Made by a program: the position numbers and the translations under genes. Positions 26,957-36,005 of a stretch of DNA of 64,000 nucleotides are shown here, one piece after another. Positions within the stretch are counted from its first letter, which is position 1. Each line of letters opens with the position of its first letter. Origin of the DNA: Gemmatimonadota bacterium (GTDB lineage Bacteria; Gemmatimonadota; Gemmatimonadetes; Gemmatimonadales; GWC2-71-9); NCBI GenBank assembly GCA_036679605.1, contig JAZDCZ010000398.1, positions 1 through 64,000 of the forward strand. The letters are read 5' to 3'. The notes below the pieces were generated by a model. The model was not told where the DNA came from, did not search any database, and saw only the letters and a list, made by a program, of their open reading frames with translations.

Positions 26957-28045
26957 GTGACACAGAGTTTTCCCGGCGCGGTCGTATCGACCAAGTATTG
27001 GCATGAACTCGACGACGGGCGCGTACAATGCGATATGTGTCCTCGCTATTGCAAGCTACGAGAGGGACAGCGGGGACTGTGCTTCGTTCGAATGTGTCAG
27101 GACAGTAAGATCGTACTGACGACATACGGGCGTTCCAGCGGCTTCTGCGTCGATCCCATCGAGAAGAAACCACTCAATCATTTTCTACCGGGCACACCTG
27201 TGCTGTCGTTCGGGACCGCCGGCTGCAACCTCGGGTGCAAGTTCTGTCAAAACTGGGACATCAGCAAGTCACGTGAGATCGATACGCTGGCAGATTCCGC
27301 ATCACCCGATCGTCTAGCTGAGACAGCCGAACGTCTCGAGTGTCGTAGTGTCGCGTTTACCTACAATGATCCGGTAATCTTTCACGAATATGCGATCGAT
27401 GTAGCGGCAGCCTGTCGCGAGCGTGGTATCAAAACCGTTGCGGTAACTGCAGGGTACGTATGTGACGAACCACGCCGCGAGTTCTATCGCTATATGGATG
27501 CGGCGAACGTCGATCTGAAAGCGTTCACGGAAGATTTCTACTGGCAGGTCACAAAGGGACATCTGCAGGACGTTCTCGATACTCTCATTTATCTCAAACA
27601 TGAGACCGACGTCTGGTTCGAACTCACCAATCTGGTGATACCGGGCAAGAACGACTCCGATGCGGAGTTCGACAAGATGACGACATGGGTGGTGCAGCAG
27701 TTGGGGCCCGACGTTCCAATGCACTTCACGGCATTTCACCCCGACTGGAAAATGAGAGATATCCCGGCGACTGAGCCGGCAACGCTCTCTCGTGCGCGTG
27801 ACATCGCTCTCGGTAACGGCGTGCGCTATGCGTACACGGGCAACGTGCACGATATCGAGGGCGGAAGCACCCACTGCCATGTCTGCGGGCAAACTCTGAT
27901 AGCACGTGACTGGTACGTGATCCACCAGTGGAATCTGACTGACGACGGTTGCTGCACCGAGTGCGCGACTGTCTGCGCCGGTGTATTCAGTGGTGCCGCC
28001 GGACGTTGGGGTGCGAGTCGGTTGCCGGTGCGGATCGGCGGGTAG
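26957..28045 (+). CDS. amrS: AmmeMemoRadiSam system radical SAM enzyme
   Basis: CDMCPRYC, DPIEKKPL.HF.PG, GCNLGCKFCQNW (CxxxCxxC), FTYNDP. Confidence 0.93.
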   Translation: MTQSFPGAVVSTKYWHELDDGRVQCDMCPRYCKLREGQRGLCFVRMCQDSKIVLTTYGRSSGFCVDPIEKKPLNHFLPGTPVLSFGTAGCNLGCKFCQNWDISKSREIDTLADSASPDRLAETAERLECRSVAFTYNDPVIFHEYAIDVAAACRERGIKTVAVTAGYVCDEPRREFYRYMDAANVDLKAFTEDFYWQVTKGHLQDVLDTLIYLKHETDVWFELTNLVIPGKNDSDAEFDKMTTWVVQQLGPDVPMHFTAFHPDWKMRDIPATEPATLSRARDIALGNGVRYAYTGNVHDIEGGSTHCHVCGQTLIARDWYVIHQWNLTDDGCCTECATVCAGVFSGAAGRWGASRLPVRIGG

Positions 28046-28145
28046 TTTCATATGATAGGTATTTAGAAACCAGAGCGCCCAATCTCCCGTACTGTTCACA
28101 TATGAGCCGTTCTCCTCGAGTGGTCTCAGTACCGACAACGGGAAT

Positions 28146-30470
28146 GTGAACATGGCAAAGCGAATCATCACTCTGGCTGCTGTCCTTCTTGTAATGGGTG
28201 CCCTTGCCATTCCAATCGAGGCCCTCCTGAGAGCCCGCATCGATGACAACAGTTTGTTTACCCCAACCCGATTCTATGCCAGACCAGTAGCGTTTCGTCC
28301 TGGAGTGACCCTTGATAAGGCGAAAGCCCAACGCTCGTTGGAGGACCTGGGATACCGTCGTGTGCGGAGGTCGCGGGTCGGCATAGGTGAGTACTACTTG
28401 GGGTCGCGAAAGCTGGTCGTTGGTCGGCGGGCGTTTCGCCATTTCGACCAGTTGGATCCCGGCGGAGTAGTGACGGTAAGAGTCGGATATGGCAGCGGCG
28501 TCATCGAGATCGAGGATGCTAGGGGTCGGAGGCTTCGCTATCTGGCGCTCGAGCCAAAGTTGATCGGTGCGATTTACGGTCCAAGGAGTGAGGATCGCCT
28601 ACCAGTTCCGCTGTCGCAAGTGCCGCAACAATTGGTCGATGCCGTCCTTTCGATCGAAGACCAACGATTCTTCGAACACGGTGGCATCGACGTACGGCGT
28701 ATAGCAGGAGCCGCGATAGCCGACATTCGTGCCCGCCGCATCGTGCAGGGAGCGAGCACTATCACACAACAATTGGCCAAGAATCTTTTTCTCTCTGCGA
28801 GGCGGTCTCCGCTACGCAAGCTGAGGGAAATCGCAATGGCTATGACGCTCGAACACCGCTACAGCAAGGCCGACATTCTCGAGGCCTATCTGAATCAGAT
28901 CTATCTCGGACAGCAAGGCGCTCGTGCGATCCATGGAGTGGGAAGTGCCGCGCGGTTCTACTTCGGCAAGGACGTGAGCCAGCTTCAGTTGAGTGAGGCG
29001 GCGCTGCTGGCTGGAATTATCCGCGGCCCAAGTCTCTATGCGCCGTTCCGCCACGTGGATGCAGCAAAGAAACGCCGCAACTTGGTGCTCAGCCTGATGC
29101 ACGAGCGGGATGTCATCTCCGATCGAGAGTACGGTAGGGCCAAGCGTGCATCTGTTAGACTAGTGAGCAGACGAAAGACAAGACATACCGGACGGTACTT
29201 TGTTGATTTTGTGAAACAGCGAATGGCAGCCACCGACGAATTGTTGGAGAGCGGTGCCGCGGTGTTCACCACTCTGGACGTCGATCTGCAGCGTGCCGCG
29301 GAGAAGGCAGTCCGAAGCGGCCTGGAAAGTCTGAACAGCCGTTATACTCGGCTCAAGAAGCAGGAGGCGCCACTACAAGCGGCGCTGGTGGCGATCGATC
29401 CACGGACAGGCGAAATCCTTGCGATGGTTGGGGGGCGCGATTATGGCACGACCCAATTCAATCGTGCGGCGTCTGCGCACAGACAGCCGGGGAGTTCGTT
29501 CAAGCCGATCGTCGCATTGGCCGCGCTAGCCTCGGGCGACGATTTTACACTCGCGTCCGTGCTCGAGGACAAACCGCTGTCCGTGGAGACTCGCGCCGGA
29601 CGGTGGGAACCGAAGAACTACGATAATGTGTTCCGTGGACCTGTGAGCATGAGAGATGCGCTGGAACACTCGCTCAATGTCCCGTTTGCTCGGCTGGGTC
29701 TGGCGGTCGGACCAGAACGCATTGTACAAACCGCACGTTCACTTGGAATCGAGAGCCGGTTGCGGGCTGTTCCCAGTCTTGCTCTTGGATCGTCGGAGGT
29801 CACGCCGCTGGAGATGACGCGGGCGTTCGGCGTTGTGGCGGCAAATGGTTTTAGAGCTGATCTGCAGACGACCTTGGGCGTCATGGATCGCGCCGGAGAA
29901 ATCCACGGCCGTATTGATCTGGACGGTGAGCAAGTCTACGATCCCGCCACTGCGTACTTGATTACATCTGCGCTGCGGGGGGTCGTGGAGCGGGGAACCG
30001 GCAAATCTCTGAGATCTTTGGGCTTTAGAGGATCGGTGGCGGCGAAATCGGGCACGACCAACAACTTTCGCGATGCCTGGTTCATCGGATATACACCGTC
30101 GCTAGCCGTTGGAGTTTGGGTCGGTTTCGACGATGGCAAGAGTATCGGCCTATCGGGTTCCAGAGCGGCCCTACCGATATTCGCCCGGTTTCTGGTCGAC
30201 GCGGTCGGTCGTTACGGCCGTGAGGAATTCTCTCCACCTCCTGGTCTCGAAGTGGTGGAGGTGAACCGAGCCAGCGGGTTGTTGGCGGGTCCGGGTTGCC
30301 GTGGGGAAGCGGAACTATTTATTCGAGGTACGGCACCACGGACAAGTTGTTCACGCTTTTGGACGTACGAGAGTCGCGGGCGCTCCAGGCGTAGGTCACC
30401 TCGGGAGAGGGATCTTGTAAGGACGCTCGAGGAGACACGTCGCTGGGGAGGGAGACGAGAACAAAGATAG
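28146..30470 (+). CDS. mrcB: Class A penicillin-binding protein (PBP1b-like)
   Basis: UB2H-like region; EDQRFFEHGG, QGASTITQQL, RKLRE; SSFK, SLN and KSGT transpeptidase motifs. Confidence 0.88.
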   Translation: MNMAKRIITLAAVLLVMGALAIPIEALLRARIDDNSLFTPTRFYARPVAFRPGVTLDKAKAQRSLEDLGYRRVRRSRVGIGEYYLGSRKLVVGRRAFRHFDQLDPGGVVTVRVGYGSGVIEIEDARGRRLRYLALEPKLIGAIYGPRSEDRLPVPLSQVPQQLVDAVLSIEDQRFFEHGGIDVRRIAGAAIADIRARRIVQGASTITQQLAKNLFLSARRSPLRKLREIAMAMTLEHRYSKADILEAYLNQIYLGQQGARAIHGVGSAARFYFGKDVSQLQLSEAALLAGIIRGPSLYAPFRHVDAAKKRRNLVLSLMHERDVISDREYGRAKRASVRLVSRRKTRHTGRYFVDFVKQRMAATDELLESGAAVFTTLDVDLQRAAEKAVRSGLESLNSRYTRLKKQEAPLQAALVAIDPRTGEILAMVGGRDYGTTQFNRAASAHRQPGSSFKPIVALAALASGDDFTLASVLEDKPLSVETRAGRWEPKNYDNVFRGPVSMRDALEHSLNVPFARLGLAVGPERIVQTARSLGIESRLRAVPSLALGSSEVTPLEMTRAFGVVAANGFRADLQTTLGVMDRAGEIHGRIDLDGEQVYDPATAYLITSALRGVVERGTGKSLRSLGFRGSVAAKSGTTNNFRDAWFIGYTPSLAVGVWVGFDDGKSIGLSGSRAALPIFARFLVDAVGRYGREEFSPPPGLEVVEVNRASGLLAGPGCRGEAELFIRGTAPRTSCSRFWTYESRGRSRRRSPRERDLVRTLEETRRWGGRREQR

Positions 30471-30550
30471 TTTGGTGGTGAAATCGCCTCCGTCTGGTTT
30501 ATTTCATAGTGACTCTCAACCGACGTACGCCAGAAGGCAGATGACAGCGA

Positions 30551-31624
30551 ATGAAAAGACGTCAGTTCCTCGGGGCGGCTGGTGGTGCGGCGCTTGCACT
30601 CGGCGCCTTTTCAACGACAAAGCTGAGCAAGGCCTCGCTGGCGCTGAAGAACTGGGTTTGGATCAGCGGTGGCGGCGCGCGAACACCGGAAGAGTGGCGT
30701 AACCGGTTTGCTCGGTTCAGTGAAGCCGGAATCCGCGGAGTGCTGGTTTCGGGCGGAGATGTAGCTACCCTCTCCGCCGCGGCACACTCACAAGGCCTGG
30801 AATTTCATCGCTGGATCTGGGTCCTGAATCGCAACGGAGATCGCTGGGCTCAGGAGAGCCATAGGGAATGGTTCACTGTCAGCCGCAACGGAGACTCCAG
30901 CCTCGATAAGCCGCCGTATGTAGGCTACTACAAGTGGGTGTGTCCTACTAGACCGCCGGTCAGGGAATACCTCAGCAAAATCGTCGGCGAGATAGCGAAC
31001 GACCGCAACGTCGATGGCGTACATCTGGATTACATCCGTCACTCGGACGTTATCTTACCAATTGGTCTCTGGTCCAAATACGATCTCGTGCAGGATAGCG
31101 AACATCCCGAATTTGATTTTTGTTACTGCGACGTTTGCCGAGAGACATTTCGGGAGTTGACAGGACAAGATCCGATAGCCATGCTCGACCCGGCGCAGAA
31201 CGAGGCTTGGCGTGAATTCCGCTGGAACAGTGTCACCGAGCTGGTGACACTCCTGGCTGAAGTGGTGCACGATCGTGACAAGCCCATATCGGCTGCGGTT
31301 TTTCCAACGCCCACGATAGCTCGTCGTTTGGTACGCCAGGACTGGGGCCGCTGGCCGCTCGACGCGTTCTTTCCCATGGCCTACAACAAGTTTTACAACA
31401 AGGGCGTGGATTGGATTGGTACGGCGACGCGGGAGGGGGTGACAGCGCTGGCCGGTGAAGCTCCACTATATAGTGGATTATATGTTCCTGATCTGTCGCC
31501 CGGTGAGCTGTACGATGCCGTGCGGTTCGCTCGCCGCGAGGGCGCGGCAGGCGTTTCGCTCTTTGGGACCGGACAGCTCACCGACGAACACTTGACTCGG
31601 TTTTCAGAGGCGATCGCCGAGTAG
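30551..31624 (+). CDS. Tat-exported glycoside hydrolase-like protein (GHL10/DUF187-like TIM barrel)
   Basis: MKRRQFLG Tat motif; VDGVHLDYIR, SAAVFP, RQDW..W, PMAY. Confidence 0.75.
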   Translation: MKRRQFLGAAGGAALALGAFSTTKLSKASLALKNWVWISGGGARTPEEWRNRFARFSEAGIRGVLVSGGDVATLSAAAHSQGLEFHRWIWVLNRNGDRWAQESHREWFTVSRNGDSSLDKPPYVGYYKWVCPTRPPVREYLSKIVGEIANDRNVDGVHLDYIRHSDVILPIGLWSKYDLVQDSEHPEFDFCYCDVCRETFRELTGQDPIAMLDPAQNEAWREFRWNSVTELVTLLAEVVHDRDKPISAAVFPTPTIARRLVRQDWGRWPLDAFFPMAYNKFYNKGVDWIGTATREGVTALAGEAPLYSGLYVPDLSPGELYDAVRFARREGAAGVSLFGTGQLTDEHLTRFSEAIAE

Positions 31625-31625
31625 G

Positions 31626-32282
31626 TTGCTCTTGTCAGAAACTCTGAGCGTCGACCACCTGGTCTACGCTGTTCCCGATCTCGATCGTGGCACCGAAGCC
31701 GTGTCCCAACTACTTGGAGTAACCCCGACCCTCGGCGGTTCCCACAAGGGCTTCGGTACGGCCAACATGCTGATTGCACTTGGAAGCCGGTGTTATCTAG
31801 AAATCATCGGACCAGACCCCGCTCAGAAGACCCATACGGGTGGGAGACCGTTCGGAGTAGACCTGGTCGACGATCAAAAATTGGTGACCTGGGCGGTGAG
31901 GGAAGCCAAGCTCGAGGATCGTGTAGTATCCGCCCGGGCTGCCGGATACGACGCCGGTAGCATCATTGCCATGAGCCGGTCGCGTCCGGATGGTTCGAGA
32001 CTAAGTTGGCGTCTCGCGATCGCCGAGTCTGCGCTGGCGGGAGGGTTGCTGCCAGGAGATGGCCTTGTGCCGTTTCTGATCGACTGGGGAGACTCACCCC
32101 ATCCGGCCGGTCAGATGCCACAGGAGTGTAGCTTGGTGTCACTCCGTGCGGAGCATCCTGAGCCGAGGTTCTTGGAGCCCCTGCTTGAGGCGTTGAACGT
32201 AAGACTGGATGTCACGCTTGGCCCGTCGGAGCAACTGATTGCGGTGATCGATTCACCGCAGGGCCGGGTGGAACTTCGCTAA
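31626..32282 (+). CDS. VOC/glyoxalase-like protein (Glyoxalase_3)
   Basis: DHLVYAVPDL...GGSH.GFGTAN...YLEIIGPDP...PFLIDWG..PHP. Confidence 0.88.
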   Translation: MLLSETLSVDHLVYAVPDLDRGTEAVSQLLGVTPTLGGSHKGFGTANMLIALGSRCYLEIIGPDPAQKTHTGGRPFGVDLVDDQKLVTWAVREAKLEDRVVSARAAGYDAGSIIAMSRSRPDGSRLSWRLAIAESALAGGLLPGDGLVPFLIDWGDSPHPAGQMPQECSLVSLRAEHPEPRFLEPLLEALNVRLDVTLGPSEQLIAVIDSPQGRVELR

Positions 32283-32348
32283 GATGACGGGTTACTCCCT
32301 TCGCTCACTTGACTCGGGTGAGCCCATGATCAACTTCCCACTATGATC

Positions 32349-32450
32349 ATGCACGGAAAAGACGAGCGGGTCGGCGTCAAATCGTTCTACGACGGGCAGG
32401 AATTTCTATATCGCCTCGTCCAATCTCTGGTGTCGGGGCCAACATCTTGA
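32349..32450 (+). pseudogene. C-terminal remnant of an M20/M25/M40 metallopeptidase
   Basis: HGKDERVGVKSFYDGQEFLYRLVQSL resembles the HGxDER..V..F tail of M20 peptidases; no upstream body. Confidence 0.6.
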
Positions 32451-32491
32451 CTGAAGGAACTCCGTTCCTCAAGACCAGCAATGGAGACATA

Positions 32492-33112
32492 ATGAGAATT
32501 GCAACCGTGGCAGTAACACTGACGATGCTTGCGTCTGGCCTCGTCGCTCAGGAACAGAAACGACCGGTAGACTGGAAAGTCCGCTTCGACAGGGCGAACG
32601 CGAAGGACGCAGACTTGTCCTTCGTCGATATGGCTCCCGGCTGGCATATTACGACCGGACCGGCGGGAATTCTGTACAACCCGGCGAACGCATCCGAAGG
32701 TGAGTTCCGCATCAAGTCTAAGATCTTTCTGTTCGATCCTGGCAGACGGCACCGCGAGGCCTACGGAATTTTCTTCGGCGGTCAGAACCTCGATGGTGAC
32801 GGACAGGCCTATTCCTATTTCCTCATTCGAGATACCGGCGAGTTCTTGATAAAGGTGCGTAAGGGAGGTACCACCGAGACCGTCGTAGCGTGGACGGCGA
32901 CTGACGCGCTTGCAAGGCACCCGGGAGGTGATGCACGAGTCGAAAACTCGATCGCGGTTGAGTGCGGTTCCGAAACGGTGGACTTTTTTATTAACGGTGA
33001 AAAGGTGACGAGTGTACCCCGCAGGAATCTGGATGTAGATGGAATCGTGGGTCTACGAGTGAACCACGCTCTCAACCTACACGTTGCCGAACTGACAATC
33101 GAGAAGATGTAG
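32492..33112 (+). CDS. Exported hypothetical protein (beta-sandwich, ConA/LamG-like?)
   Basis: Signal peptide; GWHITTGPAGILY, EAYGIFFGG, GIVGLRVNH; GGAG RBS. Confidence 0.75.
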   Translation: MRIATVAVTLTMLASGLVAQEQKRPVDWKVRFDRANAKDADLSFVDMAPGWHITTGPAGILYNPANASEGEFRIKSKIFLFDPGRRHREAYGIFFGGQNLDGDGQAYSYFLIRDTGEFLIKVRKGGTTETVVAWTATDALARHPGGDARVENSIAVECGSETVDFFINGEKVTSVPRRNLDVDGIVGLRVNHALNLHVAELTIEKM

Positions 33113-33121
33113 CTACCTTCA

Positions 33122-35884
33122 ATGCCTCAAACCCTGATATCGAAGGTTCGGATCCTCGGCCTAGTCGTAGTGCTAGGGGCCGCGCCGGCTGTCGGTTTGG
33201 CACAGCAAGCTGGCATTCCAACTCCGGAGTCGGTGCTTGGCTTCGAAGTCGGTGCCGATTTCAAGCTCGCCACCTATGATGAGTCGCTAGAGTATTTCCG
33301 CCGGCTCGACGAGGCCAGCGATCGTATCCAGCTCGTCGAGGTTGGCCGCACGTCCAAGGGGCGTGAATGGTACTTCGCGCTCATCTCTACCCCCGAAAAC
33401 CTTGCCGCGGTCGAGCGATATAGGGAAATAGCCTTGCGCTTGGCGCACCCCAAAGGTTTGACCGAAGAAGAAGCGCACGCGCTCGCGAGAGAAGGAAAGG
33501 CGTTGGTGCATATTGACGGTGGGCTGCACGCCTCAGAGGTAGCCGGTGCACAACACACCATACAGCTAGCATACGATCTAGTTTCAGGTGCTAGCGACCC
33601 CAAGATCGCAGAGATCCTGGACAATGTAGTTGTTATGGTGTGGCCGTCACTGAATCCAGACGGACAAAACATAGTTGTCGACTGGTATCGATCTAACTTG
33701 GGGACTCCCTTCGAAGTATCGGGCCTGCCGGTGCTCTATCAGGAATACATCGGACACGACAACAACCGCGACAGCTACATGCTCAACATGGTTGAATCGC
33801 GTGTCATTGCGAGAAGCTGGCGCCATTGGGAACCGCAGATCATCTACGTGCACCACCAGACTTCACCGTTCCCTACTCGAATCTGGCTTCCACCGTTCGC
33901 CGAGCCGATCGCGTCGCAGGTGCCGCCATTGATGTCGCGAACGGTCAACATGATCGGAATGGCGATCGCACAGGGGCTCGAGTCCAATGGACAAGTCGGT
34001 GCAACGCACATGGGAACGGGTTTCGACGCGTGGTATCCGGGGTATGTGGACTACATGCCCATGTTGCAGAACGTGGCTGCATTCTGGACAGAGACGGCAT
34101 TGTACAGGTACGCGACGCCGCATTTCTACACGCTCAATGACTTCCCCCGAGCCAACAGAGACCTTCGACCTGAAACCCTGTATCCCAGTCCTTGGCAGGG
34201 TGGATGGTGGCGCCTCAAGGACGCCGTCGATTACATGCGCACGGCGTCGATATCGGTTCTCGAGTACGCTGCCAAGTATCGTGAGACTCTGTTGTACAAT
34301 CGCTATCAGTCGGGTAGCGGAGTGATCCGCAAGTATCAGAATGAACCGCCGTATGCCTACCTCGTCCCCCAACAGCAACGCGACCCGGTAGCCGCAGTCG
34401 AACTACTGCGACGGCTCGCATTTAGTGGCGTGAGGGTGAGCCAACTGACACGCGCCGCAAGGTTCGGGGGCAAGGAGTATCCGTCGGGCACGTGGGTCGT
34501 CCCAATGGATCAGGAATTTGCGGAGCTAGCCCGCCAAGTGCTCGATGTGCAGACGTATCCCGATCTGCGTGAGTTTCCCAAAGGGCCACCGGAACAACCG
34601 TACGACGCAGCGGGCTGGACGCTGCCGTATCAGATGGACGTACGTGTGATTCCTGCGGCAGAACCCCTGACGGATGAGATTCGAGCAGCGTTGCGTCCGG
34701 TCAAGGGAAGTGCCACCGACTGGCGTGCCACAGGCGGTGAATCGTCTGGTGGCAGTCCGTTCGATAGCCCGCCAGGCGTCGGCTTTGATACCGACTCGGT
34801 GGCTGTGGCGATCGTGCCACCCCAGGGCAACGCGGCCGGCTCCGGATCGGCCTTAAGGGTAGATCCGGCGCAGAATAACGCCTTTCGGGCAATCAACAAC
34901 GCCTTGGCAGCCGGTGGCACGGTACGATTCGAGGCGGGTGAGAACGGAAGCGACGGGAGGCTCGCGGCAAGCGGCAGCTACGTGATCGATGGCGTGTCTC
35001 GAGCGTTGCAGACACAGTGGGTGAGCGAACTGGCTCTTCGTGCGACTCGTACGAGTGGTGGAGCTGGGATACCTGTCAGGCGTCGCATCGGTCTGTACCG
35101 GCCGTGGCGCCCGAGCATGGATGAGGGATGGGTGCGCTGGCTGTTCGAGCAGTACGGCTTCGATTTCACCAACGTTCGCAATTCGGATGTGCGGGCCGGT
35201 TCGCTGAGAGATCGATTCGACGTGATCATACTGCCATCGGAGCGGCCGCAAACGATTCTCGGTGGTTATACAAAGGGATCAGTGCCTGCCCGGTACGCAG
35301 GTGGGGTGGGTGCAGTCGGCGTTCGCGCTCTAGACCAATTCGTACGCGCAGGCGGCACGTTGGTCTGCCTGAATTCATCGAGCATGTTCGCGATCGAAGA
35401 ACTCCACCTGCCTGTGAAGAACGTCGTCGACAGCCTTGGGCGCGACGAGTTCTTTGTAAGCGGATCCATACTCGAAGTCACGACCGACCCAGCACATCCG
35501 GTGATGGCTGGAATGCCTACTAGGGCCAAAGTCTTCGTGGATCGAAGCCCAATCTTCACGACGCTGGAAGGCTTCAAGGGGTCAGCGTTGGCGAAGTACC
35601 AGAAGGAAGGCTCTCCCTTGTTGTCTGGGTACCTGTTGGGCGAAAAGCATCTACAGGGATATGCTGTCGCGCTCGACGTGCGACATGGCGAAGGTCACGT
35701 GATACTTGTCGGATTTCGACCGCAGTGGCGGGGGCAACCGTTCGGCACATTCCGCGTACTATTCAACGCCGCGCTCTTTGGCAATCGCCTTTCGGCTAGT
35801 GATCACGGCACTCCCGAATTTTGGGAGGCGCCAGAAGAGAAACAGGAGGAGAAGCAGGACAAGAGTCGTGACACCGGAAGGTGA
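33122..35884 (+). CDS. Exported M14 zinc carboxypeptidase with C-terminal class I GATase-like domain
   Basis: GLHASE, LNPDG, GHDNNRD, HHQT; PYDAAGWTLP; MDEGWVRW. Confidence 0.88.
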   Translation: MPQTLISKVRILGLVVVLGAAPAVGLAQQAGIPTPESVLGFEVGADFKLATYDESLEYFRRLDEASDRIQLVEVGRTSKGREWYFALISTPENLAAVERYREIALRLAHPKGLTEEEAHALAREGKALVHIDGGLHASEVAGAQHTIQLAYDLVSGASDPKIAEILDNVVVMVWPSLNPDGQNIVVDWYRSNLGTPFEVSGLPVLYQEYIGHDNNRDSYMLNMVESRVIARSWRHWEPQIIYVHHQTSPFPTRIWLPPFAEPIASQVPPLMSRTVNMIGMAIAQGLESNGQVGATHMGTGFDAWYPGYVDYMPMLQNVAAFWTETALYRYATPHFYTLNDFPRANRDLRPETLYPSPWQGGWWRLKDAVDYMRTASISVLEYAAKYRETLLYNRYQSGSGVIRKYQNEPPYAYLVPQQQRDPVAAVELLRRLAFSGVRVSQLTRAARFGGKEYPSGTWVVPMDQEFAELARQVLDVQTYPDLREFPKGPPEQPYDAAGWTLPYQMDVRVIPAAEPLTDEIRAALRPVKGSATDWRATGGESSGGSPFDSPPGVGFDTDSVAVAIVPPQGNAAGSGSALRVDPAQNNAFRAINNALAAGGTVRFEAGENGSDGRLAASGSYVIDGVSRALQTQWVSELALRATRTSGGAGIPVRRRIGLYRPWRPSMDEGWVRWLFEQYGFDFTNVRNSDVRAGSLRDRFDVIILPSERPQTILGGYTKGSVPARYAGGVGAVGVRALDQFVRAGGTLVCLNSSSMFAIEELHLPVKNVVDSLGRDEFFVSGSILEVTTDPAHPVMAGMPTRAKVFVDRSPIFTTLEGFKGSALAKYQKEGSPLLSGYLLGEKHLQGYAVALDVRHGEGHVILVGFRPQWRGQPFGTFRVLFNAALFGNRLSASDHGTPEFWEAPEEKQEEKQDKSRDTGR

Positions 35885-36005
35885 AGGACGATGACGGCCG
35901 GTGGTCGGAAGGGCTGGGGTCGGAGCGGATTTCGGTGTGCGTCTCTGGCTCTGTCAGCATCTGGGGCTTATTGTTACAAGCTAACGTAACTGGAGACTAC
36001 GTCGA

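Noticed and set aside
26957..28045. Radical SAM enzyme as a RiPP maturase
   Set aside because: Motifs and the AMMECR1 neighbour identify it as AmrS; no precursor peptide or SPASM-type context
27314..28249. 311-aa antisense ORF and other long antisense ORFs (e.g. 47305..48054, 56472..57164)
   Set aside because: They lie opposite well-supported genes, which is expected in GC-rich DNA, and show no recognisable motifs
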